A stretch of 64,000 nucleotides of DNA, taken from Tubiluchus corallicola (taxonomy: Eukaryota; Animalia; Priapulida). The DNA lies in NCBI GenBank assembly GCA_030141605.1, contig JAQGDQ010000653.1:54814-118813 (forward strand), given 5' to 3'. Shown here piece by piece: positions 1 to 12,799 of the stretch; position 1 is the first letter of the stretch, and each line of letters begins with the position of its first letter. The notes under the pieces were generated by a model. That model had not been told where the DNA came from and ran no database searches. It worked only from the letters and a program-made list of their open reading frames with translations. The position numbers and the translations under genes were made by a program.

Positions 1-550
1 TAATAGGTACAGTAGTAAATATAGGGGGGTGGCTGACTCGTTCATCCACCTAAATTACGTTCATTCGCCATCCCTTCACTTATACATAGTAATGAAATTT
101 AATATTATTATGTTATATTTTGGTTCAATTACTTTGACATTGTACTAGCATTTTCTTACTAACAGGTGAAAAATAAATGAATTGCCTAATTCTAATTCTG
201 TTTCTAACCTCTTTCTGTTTTTTTCTATGGTATCTCATTGCCCACCAAGTACATAATTCTCTATAGTCTTACTTGCTGTTTAATTTGACTTCAGTTAATA
301 AATTTTAATTAAAATGACTACTTATAAACTTATATTGTGGGGTATAATTATTGCCGAGCCTCTAAGCATTACAATAACGCATAACTCCAGACGACTTTCT
401 GCTAAACACTGCCTGTCTCATTACCTTTTCTCCCTGTGGAATTTGTTGCAGCAAAGTTACACTTTACTCTGTATAACGTAATTCGTTACAGCTTCATCAG
501 TTGCTGATGAGCGAGCTGTGTGTGTCTTGAGTATATCGCTGGAATTTGCT

Positions 551-684
<134 letters not shown>

Positions 685-2759
685 CAGTGCGTGATGCGCG
701 TGTTTACACGTGCAGGGCAGTCGTAATGTTGACAGCTAAGTTCACAGAGAGCGGATTCAGACTTTTTATTTTCCTTATCACATTTAAAGCATTCAAGGTG
801 AGCAGAACTCTTTCCAGCTTGCAGGTAGGTGGAGCTTACGTATCAAAGGAACCGAAAGCAAAATTTTAACTTCGTTCTATAGATAATAGTATTATTACGA
901 TGTTTCGCTCAATATGGTCCTCCGAATTAAAAAAAGATGTAAAATTTCTTGGAACATCTCGCTGAACCAGTATATACACTTACATCTCTGGAATACTTAG
1001 AAATTTCTGTTCGGATTGATGAAGGCAGTAAGTCCCCAAGGCTGCAATCCATTATTTTTCTCCGGCTTAAACAAAACATTCGAATTCTTATTTGAGTTTT
1101 TCGTCCTTGCTAAAGAGAGCATCAAAAGAACGAATATTATTTTATTCTGATTTGAAAATGTTTATACGGAAGCTCTTTGTTTGGTAGAATCACATAATTA
1201 ATCTTGGAATTATTAACATTTATTATTGTTAGTTGATTACTTGCTGTCCATTTATCACTGTTAATTAATAATCAATTAATTATGCATTCGCTGAATTTTC
1301 TAATCACTTACAGTTCATTACTACTTTTATTTCTAATTTAAGTTCTATAGGAAACTTGAACAATTTCTTTTGATGGAATCTCTGCAGCTCTGATAATTAT
1401 TGTGGAATTTATTGATGGGCTGCAAGCGTACAACAGTTGCTGGGGAAAGTTATTTATTAATGCCTGCTATGGCTTCATTAAATTGTATTGTACAGGCAGT
1501 GACAGGTTTATCAATATTCAAAAATTTACTGCAAAAATGATCAATGTGGGGCGATGAATAAGCAAATTAGTGCGGTTCAAGTTTCGAACACCTGCTGCCA
1601 TCATTCAAATTTTCCTTTCTTGTAACACCAAAATAAAACTGCGGGTCGCTCGCTGCTCGGAGAAGAGTCAAAAGTTCATAAATGATTAACTGCTGTTACT
1701 GTACATATAACATGGCCAACTTGAGTTGAACTTAAAGACGAAGAAAAGGCAATTTTAAAGTACATCCTAAAAAACTTTCCACACAATGTTATATTACTTA
1801 GCATTACGCTTGGCAGCTTGAAAGACTTGTGTAACTGTAAAACAAAATTTTTAGTAACTTACAATGTTCGCGCCAACTGGTAAAATGTCACTGACTCATC
1901 TTCCCAGTGTACACCACTGACTCGCCAAAAAAGTATTTTTAATCTTATTGACAAGATGCTTTTGCTTACTTAGTGAAATGTGCGCTACGAATGCTCTAAT
2001 TACTTTTTCAAATTTTACTTAATGTTTTTATAAACTTGTTTCAAACTCCTAATACCGTCAAAATGGCTGCGCCTAACGGTCATCGCGGGAGTTTAAACTT
2101 TATAGTTTTATACAGCGTTTCTGCTAATACAATTTCTGAGCACAATAAGGTAGTATGCAGGTGATACAAATTTCAAGACAATTTTCTATCTTTATCTAAG
2201 TAAAGGATTTTCGCGTGCTTTAAAGAAAGTATGGTATTATCAACGTGATAAGCTATTGAAAATCTTGTTTAGTTCCTTATCCTTAGGTGTATCACGGCCG
2301 AATCTATATTATGAATCGCAATAATATTCTTTCTCTGGCACTGAATATAGAACAGTCTGTCGAAGAAGGCCAACAGTTCCAGGAGATAATGATTTTTTGT
2401 CATTGCCGCCCACTCGCCTAGGCCCGGGGTGCCCAAATTCTTCACCTAGATCACTGGTTTCTAATTTGTAAATTGTGTCTTTATAACTGGGAAAAACTGA
2501 TGACAGATTAATGACCAATTATAGCTGTGCCTCTGCATTTACAGTTCCACCTTGCCAAAACAGCTTATCCCAGCGAAGGGGTCGCAAAACAATTACCCGC
2601 ATTCAAAGCGAGCACGTTCTCTTTGTTGCCGACTATTGATAACACTGGACATGACATGGATCTCAGGACCTTTTATTTCCCCATATCTCAATAATTGCAG
2701 TACGTTTCTTTTTCATAAAGGGCAATCCCTGTGTCTAAACTGCATATTCACCAAAGTTT

Positions 2760-3193
2760 TGTAATAACCCTTTCTTTATTTCCACTATTCAACGACGATC
2801 TACCATATTCTATACTCTCTGGTCTTACTAGAGGTACGTCCTCTAGTATGTGTAGTACTTGGCTCTGGTCTTGCTATCTGTACTACTGCACTGTGTAGTA
2901 CTTGGCTCTGGGTTTGCTATCTCTACGGCTACACTGTGTAGTACTTGAAGTTAATACAATCGGGTCAGTACATAACTCCCGTCTATAAAAGAGGACCTTG
3001 TGTGGACATAGAAGATGCCGAGACTGGCTTGCCGTCCTTAACTCAAAGAAAACTTCTATTATTGAAGCCTCTCACTGCCGCATTGCTCTACTGACTATAA
3101 TAAATTAATTAATGTTCGTGATTAATCTCTTTCTGTATCAATTGTTCTGCTCGGTCCTTGTGTTCACTACTTTACTTGTGTTCAGGTCTTACA
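2760..3193 (+). mobile_element. Possible solo LTR
   Basis: Begins TGTAA (2760) and ends TTACA (3193). Contains about 2.3 copies of a 43-bp repeat (TGTGTAGTACTTGGCTCTGG..., 2849-2947), then TATAAAA (~2984) and AATAAA (~3099) in LTR-like order. No target-site duplication is visible. Confidence 0.4.
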
Positions 3194-4905
3194 ATGAGGG
3201 AAGTATCTTGCAGAAGGCATCCAGAATATGCCGGAAGGGAATGTGTGCAATGTGCTGGACTGCCTGAAATTACCTTTAGACTAAATCTAATGTCCACCAG
3301 ATGTCCCGCTATTAGACTAAATCATTTTATTGCATACTTTTACGAACAGTGCTCTCAGGGTCTCTCGTCCTAATGTCGCCTTTCATACTTTTGCCTTGAA
3401 TATTCCTTGATACAGAATAGCTCTTTATAAATCCAGCTTTTACATCCGGCAAAAACGTAATCCCTGGCTCTTTGTAACATTGTTGTTGTTGTTAAATGAA
3501 TCTGCCCCAAACATTACTGCATTATTGCGGTTTCTTTCGTTCTGATGTAGGCCTGACGGCGCACATTGGATTTAGGACACCATGTAAAAGAGTAAATGAG
3601 AGAGTTCAGTGGCTTACCATGCACTGGTGGGAATTTCATTTATAAAGCGGAAGTCTTATCGGAATTCCAAACATATATAACATTTTACGGAACGTGCGAC
3701 TGATTCAAGCACAATTAGTACATTAGTACTTCCATTCAAGTTCTCTAGGCTTTTCTACTGTAAACCATGCAAAAGACTGTTTCAGTGTTAAATAAAAGCT
3801 CACGCGTTTCAGCCTTTAAGAAGAACATTAAGAGACGTCACCTAACACTAACAAGTTAGCTCTAAGAAATTTGTTTTTGTAGGCCTGTATTAACATTAAA
3901 TTTTCCTAAATGAATATTATACCTTAACCTCTTATCTCATGTACCCAGGAAACCTACATACCATTACACTAAATTTATTTAATATAGTCAATTGCAGGCC
4001 TAGCCTATTTAAGAGTTGCGGTTCATTAAAAGAAACTTGCGCGCACGCACAGTACCTGAAATTACACATCCCGCTGTACTCGGATTGTTCTCCTTTTATA
4101 TTTTTCATCGACGTTTTTTTTCTTAATTTAGTTGCCTACCACCTACCCGCTTTAGCTCCTCGAACGGAATCTGATAGGCTAAGGTAGCTGGAGACGCTGT
4201 GTGGTCTCGCGATGCCCTGGTAGATCTTTGTTTCACCGATCTCTTCAACCGGCTGGTTCTAGACTCACTGTGACTCATTCAATTGCTGTGTTTTATCCAT
4301 CGTGTACACACAAATCTACACATAATAACATACTTTATAGCTGTGTCTCTTTCTCCAAATAGGGGGCTACCTCGTATGATGGAAGAAGCGAACGATATGA
4401 GCTAGTCGGTTGGCTTCACGGGGAAAACGCGACGATCGATCTGTCGAGAAAGAACAAATTACTTGCTTCGACAGCACCGCAAACTGGGCTTCTGTTTTAT
4501 GGTGCATAGCATCTCGTTATGGCTTCCTGGGAAATTCAGGCGTATCCGCGCTCTTAATGAGTATTTATGCTTCGCTACCACTTTCTAAAGGTCTACCTAC
4601 GCTTTTCCGCTTGTTCTCAGTTGTACATAGTTGCAAGAAGTCACGTTGACAGTTACAGTTCTCTCTTGTCCAAAACGCTCGAACAACTTTTACTTGACCC
4701 ACTTGAGTTACTTGGCTTTGGAGCCGATATTTTCGTGTCGGTTGTCTAGGATGTCATCTAAACAATTTTTGCACATCGAATGTTATAAAAACACCAACTC
4801 TTCCATTTTTATTGAGCAATCTGAATTTTGTATGTTAGCATTAAGTCTTGTTACAAGATACTGGACTTGCCACTGTGATGTTCCAAGGGAAAAGGGCAGA
4901 CAAAT

Positions 4906-6110
4906 CGTATCCCCCATTTCGCAAGTGGCGCAGCTCGCCAGTGGTACACTGCCATTGGTACACTTCGCCAGCGCTACAGATCGCCAATGCTGCAATTCGC
5001 CAGTGGTACATTTCGCTAGCGGCACATTTCGTCAATACTACATTTCGTCGGTGGTACAGTTCGCCAGTGGTACAGTTCGCTAATGGTACATTTCGTCAGT
5101 ACACACTTCTCCAGTGGTACATTTCACCAGTAAAATTTCTCTATTACCTTATCCTTTAACAAATTGTTACAGTTTGTGAGTAGAAATTTTCTACAGTAAA
5201 GTTTCTCTGCTATATTCCATTATTTTACCATGGCTTACCTTTTACCATTTGACAAAAAACCTCAGGACCAGACGAAGGCTTACCGACACAAAGTGTGAAA
5301 AGTATTCAGCCCTGTTTGTCTGCTTTTCTTCTTGATGCTTAGTAATTGTAAATATTCAGAAAGCTTATTGATTGTGGCGTTAAGGAAAATTACCGTGCTA
5401 AAACGCATAATGTATATGCATAGTGTGAGTAATCTAGTTAGACTGAAACAAAAATAAATAAATACAAATGTATATTGACAGCAAAATGTACGAAGGAAAA
5501 GACTACACAATAGCATTTTTACCAATAAAATTTACACTGACGAACTGAAACATTTGCTTAATAGAAGGGTTAAATGATATCAAATACAACAGAGAATTTT
5601 CACTGACGAAGTAAAATAGTTGTTAAAGGATAAAGTAGTATAGAGTAGAAATTTTACTGGAGAAATGTACTACTGGCGAAATATACCAGTGGCGAACTGA
5701 GGCTTTTGTTAAAGGAATAAGTAAGGACATATAACAGAGAAATTTTACTGGCGAAGTGTGCATTGGCGAGCTACACCACTGGAGAAGTGTGTACTGGCGA
5801 AATATACCACTGGCAAACTGAAACAGTTTTTAAAGGATATGTAATAAGATAGTAAGGAAATATTTACTGCCGAAATGTGCTACTGGCGAAGTGTGTACTG
5901 TGCTGGCAAAATGTACCACAGGCGAAATGTGAACTGGCAAAACATCCCACTGGCGAAATTTACTAATGACGAACTGTGGCGCAGGCTGACTATACCATTG
6001 GCGAACTGTATCACTTTCGAACTGTACCACTGGGGAACTTTATCACTGGCGTAATATACTACTGGCGAGATGTACTATTGGCGGTTTGTATACTAGCGAA
6101 GTGACATACT
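4906..6110. mobile_element. Foldback-like element whose long inverted arms are made of 16-bp tandem subrepeats
   Basis: Left arm (~4906-5215) is an array of TCGCCAGTGGTACA(G/T)T-like units. Right arm (~5520-6110) is the reverse-complement array (TGTACCACTGGCGAA). An inner module ATCCTTTAACAA / TTGTTAAAGGA is mirrored. Spacer of about 300 bp is non-repetitive. Confidence 0.75.
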
Positions 6111-7599
6111 TTTCAAACATATACGTAGGGTACGCAGTTTTTTTTAACATTATTGTAAGAATATTTTTTTAAAAAAAACTTCATGTTAAATTACCCGAGT
6201 TGCAGTATTTTTAGAATAAACACGTGCTGGGTTAAATTGCAATTGTTATATTTATAGCAAGGATACGGAGTTGATAATGATAATAGATCAAAGGGAGTTT
6301 ATAGGATTGAAAACTGTGCTGTGCTGCCACCTTTGTTCAACTAGTTATACTAATCATCAATTCGTTAGCAAGCAGGAAAACATTCACTTTCATTTCACCA
6401 GCTTAATTATAAAAAAATTAAATGTAACTATTTGTTCATCAATCCATTCAGGAGGTTTAAGGTTTACACGCATGCACCCATTCGCAACCCAGCATCCAAA
6501 TAACAGAAATAAGCCTAGTCTCAAAATTCATGGTATACATCGTTTGACAGACAAATTGTGCAAATATAATTATGCTGGTCAAGAAAAGAATAAAACAGTT
6601 GATACAATTCTAATTTTTAATGTAATCCGATTCTTATTAAAGATTAAGTGCAACTAAAAGTCTGGAACAATCTAGAAAAAATATTCAGTAAAAAAATTAG
6701 TCTTGCATTAAATATTTGCTTCCATACATTTTCAATCGTGATAAGTCTTTGTCAAAACTATTATTATCGCATTTTAGTGTACCACACCATTTAAGTGCAT
6801 GAAATAAAAATGCTACTCTGAATTTTGTCATTTAAGTTTCACTTCAAGAAAAACACACTACGATAGTTTAAATTCAGGGAACAGCGGCTGCCAGTTGAAG
6901 ATATCAATCTAGACAACTGCAATAAGAACGTTGAAAGAAATATGGGAAATTATGATTAAGCGGTAATTAAGGAAACAGACACGTGATCGATTTGGTCCAT
7001 TGAGGTCTCCCTTTCCGTGCAACACCTACCATGAATTCTCTGGTAGAGTAACCTCGGCAGGGAACTGGGCGCATTACTTCGTTTTTCTATTCACTGTGAG
7101 GAAACTTTTAATAAGAATGATATACAACAGTTGATGTGCACGTTATTTTTCATAACTGTTCTTCAAGGCGTCTACGAAACTCATCAAGAAAACGGATTTT
7201 CCGCTTTACTACTTTCCCTCTTTTCTGCACTTAGGCCTATTTCCTTTTCTTAACAGCATAGTTACGTTGTAGACATCGTAACGTTTACCAGTTCACTTTC
7301 AAAAGTTTTCATCTGCATAGTTATTTTCTAGCCATTTCTAGAAAATATCAAAGGCAAGCCTTTTTGTCAAATTTGGCTTGGTTTTAATTCTCATTTCTGA
7401 GCTGGCTGTTTTGATGTTTTGCATGGCTGATTTAACAGCCCCTAGCACAAGGCGCGTTCCGCGCATTAGACCATAAGGCATAATGCGATAAAATTTAAGG
7501 TTGCCTAGATTTTTTTTTACACAATTCGGAATCCTGCAAGCCGGAATCAGCAAATCTAGGTACTACTCAAACTGGATGGTCGTTGTGAAACCAGAACCT

Positions 7600-8200
7600 T
7601 AATCATTATCAATGGTGAAAGTTATGCCTCCTAGGATGAACAACTAATTGCACAGGTGACTTTTCTACCTTCTGATGTGTGCACACATTTTCATCATACA
7701 GGGAGGTAAGCAACCATAATCGACATGCTGATTGAAACCACCCAGGCAATAATCGAAGTACAACACCCATCCACCCACCGACCTCTCACCATCAGCCCAG
7801 CACCATTCTCAACTTCGCTATGCGGAGTTATGTACTTTGACTGAAGATGTACTAAAGATGAAGAATTAGCCCACATAAAAACCTCTTTGATTAAACTGGC
7901 TCATCAGAAAGGCATTCCCAAAACGCAAAAAGATAATAGACTGGTATTTAAATACAATAACAAATTGCCTTCAGTGTTGACTATTAACAGTCATGAAAAA
8001 ACATTTGCGGTGCCTGCAAAGTCTCCTGCAATTCATGTGATAAATTCTATTTTGTGGAAACTGGACGCGACTTAAACAGTCAACTTTAAAGACCTTATTC
8101 ATGACATATTCAAAATTCAAAAACCTAAAACTGGCATTACTAATTGTGTGAAAAACTAGACATACTTCTCTTAACTAAAAATGCTAGAATTATTTTTTCT
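7600..8200 (+). mobile_element. Decayed Penelope-like retroelement (RT thumb plus GIY-YIG endonuclease)
   Basis: Frame-broken translations STILNFAMRSYVL...DEELAHIKTSL, RLVFKYNNKLPSVL and KVSCNSCDKFYFVETGRDL (8018-8075) follow the Penelope pattern YKIPCxxCxxxYIGETGRxL. Boundaries are approximate. Confidence 0.7.
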
Positions 8201-9811
8201 TCAACAACACCACTATGCACCATATTGAAATCAGTTTTAATTATAAAATTTTCAGACAAGACTATGAGCTTTCCCTTCATAAGACTTTACTTTTTCATCA
8301 CGTAATGTCGTTATTTAAAAACACAGATAACTCAATGAAAAATACAATCTTGAGCTTTCGTTAATCCCAATCTTCTGACAGCACGTCACACTTTGAACAG
8401 TTTTAATCTATGGTATTTTCTTGACTCACCACATATATAGAATCTGGCAGCAACCCTTGTTTGAGAGAGATCTTTATTTGTCTGCAGACTCCATAAATGC
8501 TGCATTAAAAACTTTGTCAAACCCAGATTTTTATTAAACGTACTTAATTTGTCTCAGTCAAACTGATTGTATTCTCATGTTCGAGTATGGAACAAAAATC
8601 CCTCTCCAACAAAATGGAATCAGACCAATAAGAAGCAATTGTTTTGGTCACGTGTCTTCTAATGGACATTTATTCTGTTATCATTTGTTTTATGCAAAAG
8701 CTAGGATGATGTGCAGGAAAGTTTTGTCCGAGACAATTTGCCTCAGACAGTTTGTTGTCTGACAGATTTTGTTTACAATGTTTGACCACCACACACCTGT
8801 CAAATGTACTAGCTTGTGGGCTTTCTGCTAGGAGCCACATACCTTCTTCTGTTCTTACCTCAGTAATATTGTGGCATCTTTATTGTTTTTTGCTACTGTA
8901 TTATTGTGGTTAGCACTTCTGGCTTTTGCTTATCATGGAATATGTATTGTGCTTTTTCAGTGATTTTGTTCTTCTGCAGTGGTATTTTCTGTAATGTTCA
9001 GTGGACGTGTTACTTTCCAAAATCCCAAAAATTGGTATTTTGTGCGATCTTTCTGTTTTCTCCTGAAAATTCAACTGAAAATACTCCAGTATGGCAGATT
9101 AAAACATTATAGATTTTCTTAAATTTCTTTATTGTAGAATAATAACACAAGTAAAGCTTCTGGAGAAGACTGGTGGGGTAAAAAGCAATCATTTATGCTT
9201 GAACCTTATACACACTGTAAGCTGTAGATTTCTTATTAACTGTGTCTATTCTTATCGCTAAAATTATATCAGTGATACTAAAGGCACTTGTTTACTAACA
9301 AGCTATAGCACAGAAAACTTAATTACAAAGCAATAACTACAAATTAAATGTAGTTTCAAAATACGTAATTACATGTTCAGATCTTATTTAAAATTAAATC
9401 CACTTGTACGATTATTAAAACCCATAACCATTAACCGAGGATTTTCAGTTTTTTCAAGATGCACTACATTTCACACAATGCTAAAAGAATCTAAAACAAT
9501 TCAAAACTGCACTGTATTATGATGACACTACATACTTGGTTCTACAAGCTTTCCTGCAAAAGCAGCTGAAACAGAAATATGTCTTCTTATTCTTTCAAAA
9601 AGCTCTGACAGAACAAAATGCTACTCGACTAGAATGATTAGGTTACCCGTTAGACTAAATCAGAGGTATTTCTATTTCAGATTTTTTTCTCGTTGTCTCC
9701 ACATATGTAGTCGCATATATTTTTTGTTGTTACCATATACATAGCTGTGAAGGTTGTAAACTTTTTCAGCAGATGGAACTTGAAATAAGTCTACAAATGA
9801 GTATTGCTTAA

Positions 9812-10427
9812 CCCTTTCACTACGTAATTGCTTTTTAACAGATATGCATTGACTTTTGTACATTTGATAATAACTTCTTGTGGTGTGTTACTAAAACAGA
9901 ATCTTGTAAACAAACAAATAGCTATTTGTTATTAAACACTAAAATTGAATATTAGTTTTATTCATACTAGTGCACACACATCCACGCACACGTATATGCA
10001 CTCATGCATGCATGTACGCACACACAAGCACAATTAAGCACATTCTTTTATTTAGAAGCCAATTTTCACAAAAGTTATATTACCAATTCATAATACGCAA
10101 TTATTTTACAAGAATGCAGAGCAACTAAACACGTTTCACCAACTATCAAGAAGCAATTTTACACGAGAAAGTACTATACAGTACAGTATTATGGAAGGCA
10201 CCTGCCTTCAGACGCTGATTGGCCGGTTGTGTAGCATTACTTGTTGCAAAGCAACCACAAACCCACGGTTGTTAAATGTTTCTACAATATTTTTTCATGA
10301 CCATGGCAGTGAAATAAACAGACCTGGGTAACAGCGCTTAGTGCTCAGCTTGGGCAGCAGTCTGCCGCCTTCCGTCCCTTACAAGAAAAACATAAGCAGC
10401 AGTGCGCCGCCTTCTGTAGTGAAAGGG
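9812..10427. mobile_element. piggyBac-type non-autonomous element (MITE)
   Basis: Perfect 12-bp TIRs CCCTTTCACTAC (9812) and GTAGTGAAAGGG (10416-10427), each flanked by TTAA (9808-9811, 10428-10431). No ORF. Confidence 0.85.
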
Positions 10428-10695
10428 TTAATAGCCTCTGGACAATAATGAAATAAGTAATATAAAATTAAATGCCAAAGAGGTATAAGTCTCATGGATA
10501 TGCATGAAGATATATTACTGATATGTGTCTTAATACATGAATCCTATAAACTAGTATAAAAATATAGCAACACACTGTGCAGCTCTATGGTACTATTGCA
10601 ATTAAAAGCACATCAAGCCAGCTATCACAAGCGTTATGTAAATTTACTTAGAAAAACATCTTTCGAAAAATATAAAAACTGATAAATATCAATTC

Positions 10696-11553
10696 TCACA
10701 CAGAGTAATTTGAAACAATTACGGTACTTGTACCCTCTCTCAGTAAGGTCCTTTCTTGAATGCTGCCCTCATAATAGAATGAACTGTGAGTTAAGCACTG
10801 TTGGGCAGACACCCAAGACACCACAAGAGTTGCAACATTTAGTGACACAGCAGTAAATAAAAGGCATGTTTGTAGCACAGGATTCGATAAAAATTTGTCG
10901 CCCAGCGAGATGTTGCCAAAATATGAGCGACTTGAAAAAACAAGTATAAGAACAGTGAATAGTAAATTCAATAACAATGTAACAGCTTTGCCAATGAAAA
11001 CTCCATACAAGTACACAAAATTGCAGCATGGTCGGTTAGTGATGGTGGCAAAAGACACACAAAGGCCATGTTGTAATAACAACCCAGCACAACATGAAAT
11101 CACTAAAGCACTGCTAATTATAATGCTGGCAAACAGAAGTGACAATATGTATGTAACCCGGGTGTCACAGAGGTACACTGATGCTGTTTTGCCGCGTTTA
11201 CACTCAGAGTTTTTCAAAATCACGTGTTTTTGATAAGAATTAAGATATGAAACAATTTTAGCATATTTTGCCGACTCAACAGTTTCTTGTTTTTTATCAA
11301 CATATGAAGTGTTGCTTGCCCTCCGACGATGATTTTCTTGTTCAAGTTCTTTTAATTTGAAGATTCTACCGCTGCTCCAGACATTCGACTGCGTGTCTTC
11401 ATACGTGTTCACTTGAAGAGTGTCGATGTCATCGTCGATTACAGATGTATTTTCAAAGATACCAAAGAAAGCACAATTGCCTGACAGTTCTAAAATCGTT
11501 CCAATGAGAACAAACAGTTTCAGTGACAACGGATTCCACCCAGACAAGGACAT
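10696..11553 (-). CDS. Uncharacterised 285-aa membrane protein with about four hydrophobic segments
   Basis: Long ATG-initiated ORF in AT-rich DNA. N-terminal hydrophobic segment, ~100-aa hydrophilic loop with NTS sequons, then three hydrophobic segments. Splice-acceptor-like TTTTTAG ends 10 nt upstream of the ATG. Confidence 0.75.
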   Translation of the reverse strand: MSLSGWNPLSLKLFVLIGTILELSGNCAFFGIFENTSVIDDDIDTLQVNTYEDTQSNVWSSGRIFKLKELEQENHRRRASNTSYVDKKQETVESAKYAKIVSYLNSYQKHVILKNSECKRGKTASVYLCDTRVTYILSLLFASIIISSALVISCCAGLLLQHGLCVSFATITNRPCCNFVYLYGVFIGKAVTLLLNLLFTVLILVFSSRSYFGNISLGDKFLSNPVLQTCLLFTAVSLNVATLVVSWVSAQQCLTHSSFYYEGSIQERTLLREGTSTVIVSNYSV

Positions 11554-12799
11554 AATTTGAAACCTAAAAACATGTCATATTACAATTGTGAGCTCTGTAC
11601 ACATAAGATACATGAAAGCACAACTAACAAGATACATATGGAACTAAGTACGTACATATATGAACATATACCAAAGATGTCAAAAGTTATCTTGAGTTAG
11701 CATTACAGAACAAAGTATGCCCCGAAATATTTTCTTAGTTCATTATCTCACTAGAAAGACAGGCTTTTACAGTAATCAGACTAAGCCTATAGACCTAATA
11801 AGACATTTCAAGTAACACTTTGATGGTTTAGGTAATTCTGCCTTGAACTTAACATTTTAGTGACATGAATAACATATATACCTAAAACACCAAAATGGGC
11901 CTTTGGTACTAGTTAAGCCTTTAACTTTAATATCGAACATCAGAATTAAAATTTATTGATGAAAGTTAGGCACTGATACTCCAGGCTGGAATTTGTGTGG
12001 TAAATTTGGTATATATATCTGGGCATGAAAACTTTTATTGGCATGGGCATGATATCCCAAAATTGACATGAGTGTAATGTTAGGACAGTAAAGACATAGA
12101 ATACGTAAATAAATTACTTAAATCTATTGAAAAAAAAGAATTTAATTAGTTTTTCAAACCACAAGCATACTAGTTTCACAGCAATGTCTGTTAGTATTGG
12201 CACTGTTAGTATTAATATATCTATGACCTTCAGCTGTGAACTCAATAGTTGAATTGAATTTTGTTTTCATCAAGACCAGTAAGTGGTGTGTAAATTTGTA
12301 TTGAAATCTGTTTGCGACGAAGACGGCTGCACATTAAATAAACTACGGATAGATTTACATTTAATTAAGAGTCTTATAGTGACAAGAATGAAAAATCGAT
12401 GAATACAGACGTGCGAGCAAAGTGCCATATTATACGGCATGGCGCGCTTGTAGCACATAAGCATTCACGGCGCAACATGTTTTTCAGCCAGGCCGATACT
12501 AAAATGAGAAATATAGGCTACGTAAGTTTTCAAGACTTTATCAATATTTTCGTGTGTACTATTGAACATCGTACCTTTTTGGAGAAATGAGTGGAATGAA
12601 ACAAAATCCAATCAGCAGTAAAAAATCAGCAATCAGCAGTATGTAACATACGACATATTATGCCTTTTTTCATCATTTTAATTTTTATGATAAATGACAT
12701 ATGATTATGATTATGACATTTTATCATTTTTGCCTCTTTCTGCCTGACCTTATAGGGGTCTTTCTGAAACCAGACTTGATGATAGCAGGCAATTCCTGT

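Noticed and set aside
730-1050. Minus-strand SVYTGS resembling an RNase H YTDGS motif
   Set aside because: The catalytic Asp is missing and surrounding similarity is too weak to support by eye.
4631-5159. ORFs with repeated VVHFAS/QWY peptides
   Set aside because: They are by-products of the stop-poor 16-bp repeat, whose period is not a multiple of three.
4906-6110. CRISPR-like or iteron-like array
   Set aside because: The units are directly tandem with no unique spacers, occur as two inverted arms, and there are no cas genes in this eukaryotic context.
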